This document shows, piece by piece, positions 54,679 to 63,965 of a stretch of 64,000 bases of DNA; position 1 is the stretch's first letter, and each line of letters starts with the position of its first letter. Below the pieces are notes generated by a model, which ran no database searches, was not told where the DNA came from, and worked only from the letters and a program-made list of their open reading frames with translations. Source of the DNA: Verrucomicrobiota bacterium (GTDB lineage: Bacteria > Verrucomicrobiota > Verrucomicrobiia > Limisphaerales > UBA11358); contig JBEKXN010000002.1 in NCBI GenBank assembly GCA_049511835.1, forward strand, positions 11,219 to 75,218, in the 5' to 3' direction. The position numbers and the translations under genes were made by a program.

Positions 54679-55245
54679 GGTGTAAAAAATGGTGTTTCCA
54701 GTCGCGGTGGCTCAACGCAGCTTATGTGCCACCATCGGCGCGAGGGACAGTTGCTATTTATTTCCAGAAAACGATTCCGGCATGAAACCTATTGCAGCGG
54801 AAGCAAATCCACCAAACCAGTTGAAAATAAAACGGGGGATCGAAGGAATGACGATTAACGGCCTTTTCGAAATCTGGTCCGCACCGAATCGCCAACATCA
54901 AACGGGCAGAACGAGTGAAAAGCGCACGCCTGGCAAAGCAAAATATGCAGCCGCACGGTTTCGACAGAGTGCTGATGCCAGCCTTAGTTTATTATCGTGT
55001 CCCGGTTCATTACACTAATTCACCCATTACTTCCCCATTCATGTCTCAATTATTTACACCAGTGTTCAATTTGTGTCTCAGATATTTACATAACGAGACA
55101 ATTCTGGCGCATTAACAATGATCGAAGAGTTTTCCCGTTTTGGGTGTCCTGGTTCTTTGCAGAATCGTGTGTGCGATTCGGAGAAGGTGGTTGGAATGAA
55201 AATCCCCCAATGACACGCCGCCCTGAATTGAATCCGCGCGCAGCG

Positions 55246-55746
55246 TCAGATTTTCAGGTTTTGATTTTTTGCACGCGATTCGTCGGCAAGCTTTTGTTTG
55301 AATTCCACCAACGCCTTTTGCAGTCGTTCGCTGCCCCCACTCAAAATTTGAACCGCCAGCAGTCCGGCGTTTTTCGCCGCGCCAATCCCGACGGTTGCGA
55401 CCGGCACGCCCGGCGGCATTTGCACCATGGAGAGCAACGAGTCGAGGCCCTTGAGCGATCGGCTTTCGATGGGCACGCCGATGACGGGCAGGGTGGTGAA
55501 CGCCGCCGTCACGCCCGGCAAATGCGCCGCACCGCCCGCGCCGGCGATGATGACGCGCAGGCCGCGTTCGTGCGCTTTGCCGGCGTATTGCTCCAAATCC
55601 TTCGGCGTGCGATGGGCCGAAATGACCTTCGCTTCGCTGGCGATGCCGAATTGCGCGCACACATCGGCGGCGGCTTTCATCGTCGGCCAGTCGGAGTCGC
55701 TGCCCATGAGAATTCCGACCAAAGGTTTGGTTTCACTCGTTTTCAT
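55246..55746 (-). CDS. purE: 5-(carboxyamino)imidazole ribonucleotide mutase PurE
   Basis: [20 protein letters not shown] and [10 protein letters not shown] motifs. Confidence 0.93.
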   Translation of the reverse strand: MKTSETKPLVGILMGSDSDWPTMKAAADVCAQFGIASEAKVISAHRTPKDLEQYAGKAHERGLRVIIAGAGGAAHLPGVTAAFTTLPVIGVPIESRSLKGLDSLLSMVQMPPGVPVATVGIGAAKNAGLLAVQILSGGSERLQKALVEFKQKLADESRAKNQNLKI

Positions 55747-55838
55747 TCAGTAAAGTCTAACGGATTCAAAACCGAAAGTCACCCGAATTGAATTGGTGCA
55801 AATTCGTGAAATTCGTGTCAAACTCCGGGGCATCGGCC

Positions 55839-56444
55839 ATGACGACCGCCAACAAAATCACGATTCTGCGAATCCTGCTGATCCCGTTCTTTGTCGTCGA
55901 ATTGATTTATTACCTCCAAACCGGCAACGAGGTCCACCGGCTGCTGGCCATCCTTTCATTTGCGGTCACGGCGATTCTGGACGGCGTGGACGGTTACATC
56001 GCGCGGCGTTACAACCAAAAAAGCGAGCTGGGCGCGATGCTCGATCCGCTCGCGGACAAAATGTTGCTCGTGTCGGGCATCGTCACGTTGAGCTTCAACC
56101 ACGCGTCTTATCTGGGGCAAATCCCGCTTTGGCTCACCGGCACCATCCTCGGACGCGATTTGCTGCTGCTCATCGGCATCGCCGTCATCCGGCTCACCGT
56201 CGGCAAGGTGATCGTGCGCCCGCGCTTCATGGGAAAAATCGCAACGGTACTGCAAATGATCGTGGTCCTTTGGATTTTGCTGGACTGGGACCGCGACTTG
56301 AATGTGCGCTGGCTCAAGGTCTGGACGATTGGCGCCGCAGTCTGCACGGGTGTTTCGGGGCTGTTGTATGTCTGGGACGGCGTGAAACAACTCGGCGCAC
56401 ATCCGGCCAGTTCGCCGACGGTGAAAAGCGGAGAAAGGGAGTAA
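55839..56444 (+). CDS. pgsA: CDP-alcohol phosphatidyltransferase (PgsA-like)
   Basis: Start moved to ATG 55839. Motif DGVDGYIARRYNQKSELGAMLDPLADK. Confidence 0.85.
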   Translation: MTTANKITILRILLIPFFVVELIYYLQTGNEVHRLLAILSFAVTAILDGVDGYIARRYNQKSELGAMLDPLADKMLLVSGIVTLSFNHASYLGQIPLWLTGTILGRDLLLLIGIAVIRLTVGKVIVRPRFMGKIATVLQMIVVLWILLDWDRDLNVRWLKVWTIGAAVCTGVSGLLYVWDGVKQLGAHPASSPTVKSGERE

Positions 56445-56532
56445 TGGAATATCGGAGTGATGGAGTGATGGAAGAAAAAGTATTGCTTCAGGTCCCAACA
56501 TTCCATTCCTCCAATACCCCACTCTCTGATTT

Positions 56533-57000
56533 ATGACAAAGGAACTGAAATTAAAGGAAGGCGATCCCGCGCCGGCGTTTTCGGCGGCAACCAACGGCGG
56601 AGGCAAAGTTTCGCTGGCCGATTTGCGGGGCAAAAATGTTGTTCTGTATTTTTATCCGAAGGATGACACGCCGGGCTGCACGAAGGAGGCGTGCGCGTTC
56701 CGCGACCATTTCGCCGATTTCAAAAAAAGGGGCGCCGTGGTGCTGGGCGTCAGCACCGACCCGGTGAAGTCGCACGACAAATTCGTGGAGAAATTCAAGC
56801 TGCCGTTCACGTTGCTGGCGGACGAGGACAAAAAGATCGTCCAGGCTTATGGCGTTTGGGGCGAGAAAAGTTTCATGGGCCGGAAATACCTGGGAACGCA
56901 CCGCGTGACGTTTCTCATCGGTCCGGACGGGCGCATCAAAAAAATCTGGCTGCAAGTGAAACCCGACGAGCACGCGGAGGAAGTGCTGGCGGTGTTGTAA
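56533..57000 (+). CDS. bcp: Thioredoxin-dependent peroxiredoxin Bcp
   Basis: GDPAPAF...VVLYFYPKDDTPGCTKEACAFRD. Confidence 0.9.
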   Translation: MTKELKLKEGDPAPAFSAATNGGGKVSLADLRGKNVVLYFYPKDDTPGCTKEACAFRDHFADFKKRGAVVLGVSTDPVKSHDKFVEKFKLPFTLLADEDKKIVQAYGVWGEKSFMGRKYLGTHRVTFLIGPDGRIKKIWLQVKPDEHAEEVLAVL

Positions 57001-57225
57001 AATCTGACAGGTGCGTGGAAAATCGCCGGAGGCATCGTGATAAAAATCAGGCCCCGAAGAGTCTCGTTTTGCGACACCCCAGCCATCCGTGCTTGGATTC
57101 AGGAACTTACAGGGCCAGTCCTTCCGAAGATTTCGAGACGTGGCATGATACACCACCGGCATTATTCGTGCTTGAACAGGGGTTTACAACGTGCAGTCTA
57201 AGGAAAATTAGGATGGATTGAAGTT

Positions 57226-58869
57226 ATGATTAACCGCTGGCACTTGGCATTGGCTTGTGCCGTTTCCAGCTTGCTGCTGCTGCTTTGCGGCTTGCTGGTG
57301 CCGGCGTATTTGCGGGCGGTGGATGTCAATGTTATCCAACGGGCCGGGCGGGACACGCCGGCCCTGACCGCACAGGGGCTGTCGCTCGTGAACCAGCAGA
57401 ACCTGGGGACCGCCTGGTTGTTTTTTCAAACGGCGCAAGCGGGGGGAATTTCCGGCCGGGAAAATCTCGGCCTGGCCGTGACCAATGCGATGCGGCAGCA
57501 TCCCGACTGGCTGGTTTGGGGCAACGACTCCGCGTTGAAACGTCTCTTCGGGAATGATTCCCCGTCGCCGGAGCCTTTCACCGGGTTCATCGTCCGGCAA
57601 AAAAACCGGGAGGCCGCCCTGGATCTGCTGCGCGCCTCCACCAGTCCCACCGTGCAGGAGTTGCTGCGCTGCCGCACGCTGACCGGCACCATCCTGTTTA
57701 CGCCGTCGCAGTCGGCTTCCGGCCAGGCCTTTGATGTGGCGGTGACGACTTGCGGATTGTTGGTGGAGGAAGGGCGGTTGACGACGGGTTTGGGCGACAA
57801 CATTTTCAAACTGGCCTCGACCGCCAATCGTGGCGGTGGTTCGCAACCGTTGGAGCAGGTGCTGATGGATTTGATGTCGCTGGGCCGGCGATTCAGTTGG
57901 GACCAGCTTGTGGCGTTTACCGGCCGCGTTGAAGACGCCGGGACGTTGCATGCCCTCGCCGACCAGGTCCGCGATGTCGGCGGGCAATTGCCCGTGCTTT
58001 TCTCCGCCGTGGCGCTTTCCGGCAAGCCGGCGGCGGTGGCGAAATATGTCGCGCATTTTCCCCAGACCGCGTTGACCGATCTCGGTTACAGTCTCCGGTT
58101 CGGTGCGGGCGGTGTGAACGAACTATTGGCGCGCGACCAACTGCTTTACCGCGCCGGGTCCCGCCTGCACCTGGGGGTGGAATGCAGTCTGCGGCTGCCG
58201 TGGCTGGCGTTCATGCTGAAATGGCTGGGCTACCTGTCGAGTGGATTTCTTCTGGCCGCATCGCTGCATTTTGCGCGGCCGGCCGTATCGTCCCTGGAAC
58301 GACCGTTGCAGGTGCGCGGGTTCCATGTGGTCCGCGAGAGTTTGTTTGCGTTGGGTTTCCTGCTGGTGGTGCTGCTTCTGAGCGAGCCGTTTCTCGCCCA
58401 GGACACACGGAAAGAGGAGTACGCCTTTCGGCTGCACGTGCCCACGACGGGCCCGGTGGTCCTGGCTGGATTCGCCCGCAATCATCCCAAAATTATGAAC
58501 AACATGATCCTGCTGACCCTGCTGCTGTTCTTCGTGCTGCAGGCACTGATCTACATCGCCTGCCTCGTGAAGCTGGCGGAAATCCGCCGGCAGAACGTCA
58601 CGCCGCGCTTCAAGCTCAGGCTGCTCGAAAACGAAGACCACCTGTTCGACGCCGGCCTGTACCTGGGCTTCGTCGGCACCATCATCTCGTTGATCCTCGT
58701 CTCGATGGGGGTCATCAAATTCAGCCTGATGGCCGCCTACTCGTCCACGTCCTTCGGCATCATCTTCGTGTGCGTGTTTAAAATCTTCAACCTGCGCCCG
58801 GCCCGCCGGCGATTGCTGCTGGAATCCGAAGCCGAAGCCGCCACGCCAACGCCGGTCACACCGTCATGA
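57226..58869 (+). CDS. Large membrane protein with C-terminal MotA/TolQ/ExbB-like channel domain
   Basis: 547 aa with an N-terminal signal anchor, about 300 aa of unknown domain and two extra TM helices. A final three-helix block follows with AGLYLGFVGTIISL and SSTSFGIIFVCVFKIFN. This resembles the G-L-L-G-T-V and T-T-x-x-G-L signatures of ExbB/TolQ. Confidence 0.6.
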   Translation: MINRWHLALACAVSSLLLLLCGLLVPAYLRAVDVNVIQRAGRDTPALTAQGLSLVNQQNLGTAWLFFQTAQAGGISGRENLGLAVTNAMRQHPDWLVWGNDSALKRLFGNDSPSPEPFTGFIVRQKNREAALDLLRASTSPTVQELLRCRTLTGTILFTPSQSASGQAFDVAVTTCGLLVEEGRLTTGLGDNIFKLASTANRGGGSQPLEQVLMDLMSLGRRFSWDQLVAFTGRVEDAGTLHALADQVRDVGGQLPVLFSAVALSGKPAAVAKYVAHFPQTALTDLGYSLRFGAGGVNELLARDQLLYRAGSRLHLGVECSLRLPWLAFMLKWLGYLSSGFLLAASLHFARPAVSSLERPLQVRGFHVVRESLFALGFLLVVLLLSEPFLAQDTRKEEYAFRLHVPTTGPVVLAGFARNHPKIMNNMILLTLLLFFVLQALIYIACLVKLAEIRRQNVTPRFKLRLLENEDHLFDAGLYLGFVGTIISLILVSMGVIKFSLMAAYSSTSFGIIFVCVFKIFNLRPARRRLLLESEAEAATPTPVTPS

Positions 58870-60260
58870 ACCGCAGCATCCTCATTGTCATCTGCGACTT
58901 CCTGTTGCTGAGCCTGCTGACGTTCTCAACGGACCTCAGCAAGATGGCCGGCGAGAATGAAGGCTCCGCGGCGACCGTCAAGGTGGACGTCATGCCCAAA
59001 ACGGGGGACAACAACTCGAAGGATCTCGCGGCGGTCATGCAACAGGCGCTCGGCGAGGAGCAAAAGAACCGCGAACAATTGCAGGCGGAACTGGCCCAGG
59101 CCCGCGAGGCGGCGCGGCAGCAACAGGAGCAATTCGACCAGCAGGCCAAAGAACTGCAGCAAAAACAATCGAACCTGGAACAGCAGTACGCCACGGCCCA
59201 GGCCAGCATCCAGGCGCTCAACCAGAAATTGCAGAGCAGTTCCGCCGAAACCTCGATGACCCGGGAACAGCTCGCGGTGAAGGAGGCTGAAATCCAAAAG
59301 CAGACCGACCTGGCCGCCGCCCTGCAGAAGCAACTCGCTCAACTCGCGAAAAACAACCAGATTGCCCAGGACGAAAAGCAGAAGCTGGCCGGCCAGCTCC
59401 AGGTGGCGGAAGTTGAGAAGCGGGCCGCCGGCGAAAAAGCCGCCCTGATGCAGCAACAGGTGCAGGCCGAGCGCGCCACCAACGTCAGGCTGGCCGAAGA
59501 TTTCAAGGCGCTGGCAACCAATTCCAGCGCCCTGACCCAGGAAATCCGGGAGAACCGGGCCTTGGCGCCCAACACCATCTTCAGTGAATTTGTCAGCAAC
59601 CGGGTCTGGACCCGGTTCCTGGCTTCCCGATCCGGCTTCCTCGGCATTAATTCCAGGAGCAGCAAGGAGACCGAAACGGTGCTGGTCACCGACGGGACCC
59701 ATACTTTCGCGTTGTGCCATGTGCAAGACACCCCGCTGACTTTGTGGGATCCCGGCACGGACTGGGATGTGCTTACGGGAACGCTGGATCACAACACGGC
59801 GCAAGTTCCCATCCGCTCGTTGTCCTTTCACATTCAGGATCCGCGCGTGGTATTCATGCCCGTCACGCAGACGGAAGTCCGCCAGCTCGGCTGCAAGGTT
59901 TACCCGGTTGCATCAGACCCGTACAAATTCCAGGATGCGGTGGTGATCGGTGTGCAAGGGGACTATTACGGCCAAAGCAGTTTCCAGATTGATGTGAACA
60001 CGCCAGCATACGTCAAACTGGACCGCAATCTTTTGAAGGGGCTGTTCGGGAAATTCAATCCCTCACGCGGCGACCTGGTCTTCAGCCGGACCGGCGAATT
60101 ATTGGGCGTCATGGCCAACAGCACCTACTGCCTGGTGCTGCATGACTTTGCTTCGGAGGTAACCTTCCCCTTTGGCCGGGACATTCGCGCCCAGCACACC
60201 GGCGACGCCTTGTCCCAGCTTTATTCATACGTGTTCAACCTGCCCTCGAAACTGAAATAA
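58866..60260 (+). CDS. ExbD/TolR-like single-pass protein with long coiled coil and unknown C-terminal beta domain
   Basis: ATGA overlap with the upstream gene. The N-terminal SILIVICDFLLLSLLTF has a lone Asp (D11, codon 58896-58898), then ATVKVDVMP. Compare ExbD/TolR (I/L)DV(M/L)LVLL(I/L)IF ... V-x-V-x-LP. About 200 aa of Q/A/E/K-rich heptad-like sequence and about 230 aa of beta-rich domain follow. Confidence 0.6.
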   Translation: MNRSILIVICDFLLLSLLTFSTDLSKMAGENEGSAATVKVDVMPKTGDNNSKDLAAVMQQALGEEQKNREQLQAELAQAREAARQQQEQFDQQAKELQQKQSNLEQQYATAQASIQALNQKLQSSSAETSMTREQLAVKEAEIQKQTDLAAALQKQLAQLAKNNQIAQDEKQKLAGQLQVAEVEKRAAGEKAALMQQQVQAERATNVRLAEDFKALATNSSALTQEIRENRALAPNTIFSEFVSNRVWTRFLASRSGFLGINSRSSKETETVLVTDGTHTFALCHVQDTPLTLWDPGTDWDVLTGTLDHNTAQVPIRSLSFHIQDPRVVFMPVTQTEVRQLGCKVYPVASDPYKFQDAVVIGVQGDYYGQSSFQIDVNTPAYVKLDRNLLKGLFGKFNPSRGDLVFSRTGELLGVMANSTYCLVLHDFASEVTFPFGRDIRAQHTGDALSQLYSYVFNLPSKLK

Positions 60261-60410
60261 TTAAGACACCCAATTGACGGGCGCATCTTGACACCGCTCC
60301 GGAACGCCGAACTCCGATTCGGCAGGCCAATGCCGACAGGAACAACTGGACAACCAGAGTCTTGGCAAGGAGAGACATTACCGCCGCGCGAACTGCGACT
60401 TTCGGGTTGG

Positions 60411-60445
60411 AAATAAAAAACCCCGCAGAAGTCTGCGGGGTTTGG
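60411..60445 (-). terminator. Intrinsic terminator between convergent genes (strong on the minus strand, weak on the plus strand)
   Basis: aaataaaaaa-ccccgcag-aagt-ctgcgggg-tttgg. An 8-bp GC stem with a long T-run on the minus strand. Confidence 0.8.
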
Positions 60446-60464
60446 AAAAAGACTTTATAATTAC

Positions 60465-61325
60465 TCAGGCGCTACGACGACGCAGAGCCACAATGCTCGC
60501 CAAAAAGCCCAAACCTAGCAAGGCCATAGACGCCGGCTCAGGAACGGCATCTAAGTGGGCCGTGATCTGCGACTGAGTGAGGGCGTAACCGTAGTAAGCG
60601 ACATCGGCCATGTCGCCTACGAAGCAATTGTAAACATAGTACTGGTTACCCTCGGCGCCGAGCAAGAGATCCTGATAAGTGCCGGGTGGTGTAAAAGCAC
60701 CTGAACCCGTAAAGGTTCCTTCGAGGGTGCCGTTAACATACAAATTCGCCGTTGCGCCGCTGTAAGTTAGAACGACATAGTTCCAAGCTCCATTGGCGAG
60801 ATTTGGCGGCCATCCATACGAAGTACTACCGGGAACATTCAGGAATGGCTGACCGGCATTAGCTCCATTTTGATTCATGCCAAGCATGTAGTTACCAGTA
60901 CCCCCGTCTGCGTGCGAAATTAAACGGGCGTATGTCTCACTCGCTTGCGGGGATGACTTTTCCCATAATTCGATACTAAAGCTTGTTGCGCTCTCCAGTC
61001 TGTAGGCTGGGCTGGTATAGGAGTTATCAACAACGTCGATGAAACTACCGCTGCCGCCGGAGCCACCATTGAGCTGAATCCCATTGCCTCCGGTGCCCGG
61101 CCCTGATACGAACGAAATACCGCCTTCATATAAGCCTGGCGAGAGTCCTCCCGACGCGCTATCGGCGGCCGTAGCACCATTGGCACTTGAGGCATCATTA
61201 AACTGCCAAAATGACATCGGGTTATCAGCTAAAACCGTGCTTGCATAATCTGCCCGCGCTGAGATGGTCAGCGACAAGCACACAGCAATTGCGCCAGCCG
61301 TCAAGATCACATTTGATGTTTTCAT
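60465..61325 (-). CDS. PEP-CTERM-anchored secreted LamG/concanavalin-like protein
   Basis: Signal peptide MKTSNVILTAGAIAVCLSLTISARA. Body resembles a LamG-type lectin fold (LYVNGTLEGTF). C-terminal VPEPASMALLGLGFLASIVALRRRSA. Confidence 0.8.
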   Translation of the reverse strand: MKTSNVILTAGAIAVCLSLTISARADYASTVLADNPMSFWQFNDASSANGATAADSASGGLSPGLYEGGISFVSGPGTGGNGIQLNGGSGGSGSFIDVVDNSYTSPAYRLESATSFSIELWEKSSPQASETYARLISHADGGTGNYMLGMNQNGANAGQPFLNVPGSTSYGWPPNLANGAWNYVVLTYSGATANLYVNGTLEGTFTGSGAFTPPGTYQDLLLGAEGNQYYVYNCFVGDMADVAYYGYALTQSQITAHLDAVPEPASMALLGLGFLASIVALRRRSA

Positions 61326-61729
61326 AATCTTTTTCTTCTAATTTTAACGTCTTTGTAAGTAATTACTTGTTTAAGGGTCTTATTTTTTAATGGCCAACCG
61401 TGGCCAACCGTGCTGCTAGCATAGTAGCCGCTACGGTATCTGTCAATACAAAAAGTCAATGACTTATGGATGATTTTTTACAGATAAGTGTAACCGCAAC
61501 ATGCCTATTATAAACGTCTTATGTGGTTGATGTTGGTGTAAAAGTTGGCGTAATTTGGGCCAAAGTTTGTCGAATGTCGCTTCAGATGCGGCCTTTTTCC
61601 CCAGAGTGGGACACTTCAAATCGCGCGCGTCCAGAATCTGTCGCTGCATTGCAAATCCTTGTTTGACAGCGGCCGGACAAACTTCCAAATTGTTTGCAAA
61701 GAAAGTTAAATTAGAAACCAAAAAAGATT

Positions 61730-62209
61730 ATGGCAATATCTGTCGGCTCCAAGGCTCCCGACTTCAACCTTAAATCCAAACAGGCGTCCGGCGTCGTGGA
61801 CGTGAAACTCAGCAACAACTTCGGCAAAAAGAACACCGTCCTGCTGTTCTTCCCGCTCGCCTTCACCGGCGTCTGCACCACCGAGATGTGCGACATCACC
61901 GCCGGCCTGTCGGCCTACTCCGGCATGAACGCCGACGTCATCGCCATCAGCGTGGACAGCCCGTTCGCCCAGGAAGCGTGGGCCAAGCAGAACAAAATCG
62001 GCATCACGCTCGCCAGCGACCTGAACAAAACCACCGCCAAGGCTTACGGCGTCCTGCTCAACGACCTGATGGGCTTCGGTTCCACAGCAGCGCGCGCGGC
62101 GTTCGTGATTGATAAGCAAGGCGTCGTGCAATACAGCGAACAAACGCCGACGCCGAAGGACCTGCCGAACTTCGAAGCCGTCAAGGCGGCGCTGGCGAAG
62201 TTGAAATAA
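61730..62209 (+). CDS. Peroxiredoxin (AhpC/TSA family, AhpE-like)
   Basis: KAPDFNL...VLLFFPLAFTGVCTTEMC. Confidence 0.88.
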   Translation: MAISVGSKAPDFNLKSKQASGVVDVKLSNNFGKKNTVLLFFPLAFTGVCTTEMCDITAGLSAYSGMNADVIAISVDSPFAQEAWAKQNKIGITLASDLNKTTAKAYGVLLNDLMGFGSTAARAAFVIDKQGVVQYSEQTPTPKDLPNFEAVKAALAKLK

Positions 62210-62232
62210 ACGTTCATCTCAAAACGAATGCG

Positions 62233-62268
62233 TTCAGGCCGCTCTTCCGGGCGGCCTGAATTTATTTG
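62233..62268 (+). terminator. Intrinsic terminator of the peroxiredoxin gene
   Basis: A perfect 10-bp stem (ttcaggccgc / gcggcctgaa) followed by tttatttgg. Confidence 0.8.
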
Positions 62269-62280
62269 GCGGAGAGATTT

Positions 62281-62382
62281 TGTAGAGCAGACATTCCTGT
62301 CTGCTGGTGGCGGAACTTTCCAGTTCCGCTTTTGGGCGACTGGAAAGTCGCCCAAACCCGCAGGCTGGAAAGCCTGCGCTAC
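62281..62382. repeat. Four-hairpin repeat family E (reverse-complement copy of 21880-21979)
   Basis: tgtagagcagacattcctgtctgct, ggaactttccagttcc, gcgactggaaagtcgc, gcaggctggaaagcctgcgctac. Confidence 0.85.
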
Positions 62383-62391
62383 TAAGGTTAT

Positions 62392-63324
62392 TTACAACTT
62401 TGGCGGAACGTTTGAAGCAGCCATCCATTCGCTCATGGGTCGCAGGCTGCCGCATTCGGGGCAGGACGCTGCGGCGAATTGAGTTCCACAGTTGGGACAG
62501 ACGCCCCGCGTTTCAAACATGTCAAAGGCCTTCCGGCATTTGCCGCATACCCAGAATGCGCCGCGGGGCGGGGCGACTTTGCAGACCGGGCAGGCAAATC
62601 CGTCGTGATGCGGCGCATTGGCGACACGGCCCAGTGCGCGGGCCTGCATCAAACCGCCCCAGCAATTCATCACAATGAGCACGCAGATGCCGCCCAGTAT
62701 GAGATTTTGTTGCAACATGGCCAGTCCGATTAACGCCGCCACGCCAATGAATCCAATGATGCTGACAATCATCAAACTTTTCGCGCGTCCGAACGCAAAC
62801 CAGAGCAGCGACCGCAAAATCTGTCCACCGTCGAGCGGGTAAATCGGCAGCATGTTGAAAACAAGCAGGACTACGTTGATGGAAAAGAGCATGAAGATAA
62901 AATTGAAGACGTTTGGATTCGCGTCCTCCCAGCCGGCGGATTTTCCAAAGACCAATAAAATCCCGAACAGCGGGAACAGCACCACATTCACCAGCGGCCC
63001 GGCGGCGATGCTCCACAGCGTCGCGCCTGGACGCTGCGGCGGCGACACATAAGCCACGCCGCCAAGCACCCACAGCACAATGTCATGAGTTTTCCCGCCT
63101 ACGGAGCGGCACGCCAGTTGGTGTCCAAACTCATGAATCAACACGATCAAGAACAACGAGAAACATTCCAACACGCTCCACAACAGAGATGAATAACCTT
63201 TCGCCTGATAGACGAAATAAGCGACAGCTAAAAACCACGCCCAGTGTAAATAAACTGTGATGCCGAAAAGTTGGAAGAGTCGGATGGAGCCTTGTCGCGT
63301 TGGCATGTTGCATGAACTTATCAC
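62392..63324 (-). CDS. M50 family (site-2 protease-like) metallopeptidase with C-terminal double zinc ribbon
   Basis: HEFGHQLACR and NMLPIYPLDGG motifs. The C-terminus carries four CxxC pairs (CPVC, CGKC, CPNC, CPEC). Confidence 0.85.
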   Translation of the reverse strand: MISSCNMPTRQGSIRLFQLFGITVYLHWAWFLAVAYFVYQAKGYSSLLWSVLECFSLFLIVLIHEFGHQLACRSVGGKTHDIVLWVLGGVAYVSPPQRPGATLWSIAAGPLVNVVLFPLFGILLVFGKSAGWEDANPNVFNFIFMLFSINVVLLVFNMLPIYPLDGGQILRSLLWFAFGRAKSLMIVSIIGFIGVAALIGLAMLQQNLILGGICVLIVMNCWGGLMQARALGRVANAPHHDGFACPVCKVAPPRGAFWVCGKCRKAFDMFETRGVCPNCGTQFAAASCPECGSLRPMSEWMAASNVPPKL

Positions 63325-63381
63325 ATACTAGCTTGCGGCAAACAAGTTTTTTGGCGGAATTCGGCAGGCGTCAGTTGCGGG

Positions 63382-63480
63382 TGTAGCGCAGACTGGCAGT
63401 CTGCCGTGTCTGCCGATTGGCAATCGGCGGACGCTGGATTGCGCAGGGCAGAGCTGCGGGTTGCCAACCCGCGATACAGC
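63382..63480. repeat. Multi-hairpin repeat related to family E
   Basis: tgtagcgcagactggcagtctgc, ctgccgattggcaatcggcgg, gcgggttgccaacccgc. Confidence 0.7.
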
Positions 63481-63584
63481 AGATTATTTGTTAATCTGCG
63501 CCCTCGTCGTTCGTTTCCATTTCGTAACACCACTTTAACCGGACCGTCATTGAGCCCGGCACGAGACGGGGTAAGCTACCCCAA

Positions 63585-63965
63585 ATGGTGCCGCGTATTT
63601 TGATTGTGGATGATGAGCTCGATTTCGTCGAGTTGTTGCAATATCGCCTCGCCGGGTTGGGTTGCGAGTTCATCGTGGCCAACAACGGGGTGCAGGCGTT
63701 GAGCCAGGCGCGTCAGTTCAAACCGGATTTGATCCTGCTCGACATCCTGCTGCCCGACCTCGACGGTCTGTCCGTTTGCAAGATTCTGCGCCGCCAGCCG
63801 GCCACCAAAAAGACCCCCATAATTTTCATGAGCGCGCTTTCGAGCCAGGTGACCAAACGCACCGTGGCGGTGCAGGCCGAGGATTTTTTCATCAAGCCGC
63901 TCGATCTACCGCGTCTGGAACGCCGCATTGTTGATTTGCTGCATTCCGAGCCGGCGGTGAAGTAA
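63585..63965 (+). CDS. Single-domain response regulator (CheY-like receiver)
   Basis: RILIVDDELDFVELL...DLILLDILLPDLDG...IIFMSA...DFFIKP. Confidence 0.85.
   Translation: MVPRILIVDDELDFVELLQYRLAGLGCEFIVANNGVQALSQARQFKPDLILLDILLPDLDGLSVCKILRRQPATKKTPIIFMSALSSQVTKRTVAVQAEDFFIKPLDLPRLERRIVDLLHSEPAVK

Noticed and set aside
54321-54858. Plus-strand ORFs 54321-54581 and 54472-54858 that share an MREQQLA segment.
   Set aside because: The shared segment is the antisense image of the conserved GKLLFPHLARDQR block of two minus-strand small genes. Those genes have start codons, TM helices and synonymous-site divergence.
54700-55245. A ~550-bp gap without convincing ORFs between purE and the small membrane protein genes, examined for tRNA or ncRNA.
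   Set aside because: No cloverleaf-compatible T-arm (GTTCRA) or acceptor pairing was found by eye, and no recognisable RNA family signature. It remains unassigned.
57226-60260. The MotA/ExbB-like pair considered as a Zorya (ZorAB) defence system or a flagellar stator.
   Set aside because: There are no ZorC/D/E-like genes and no OmpA/PG-binding domain on the second protein. The coiled coil is on the plug (ExbD-like) subunit rather than the MotA-like subunit, and there are no flagellar genes. The pair is kept as an unclassified stator-like module.
61464-61721. An 85-aa minus-strand ORF in the AT-rich divergent promoter region.
   Set aside because: It lies in a probable regulatory region between divergent genes, has no motifs, and would overlap the peroxiredoxin promoter.
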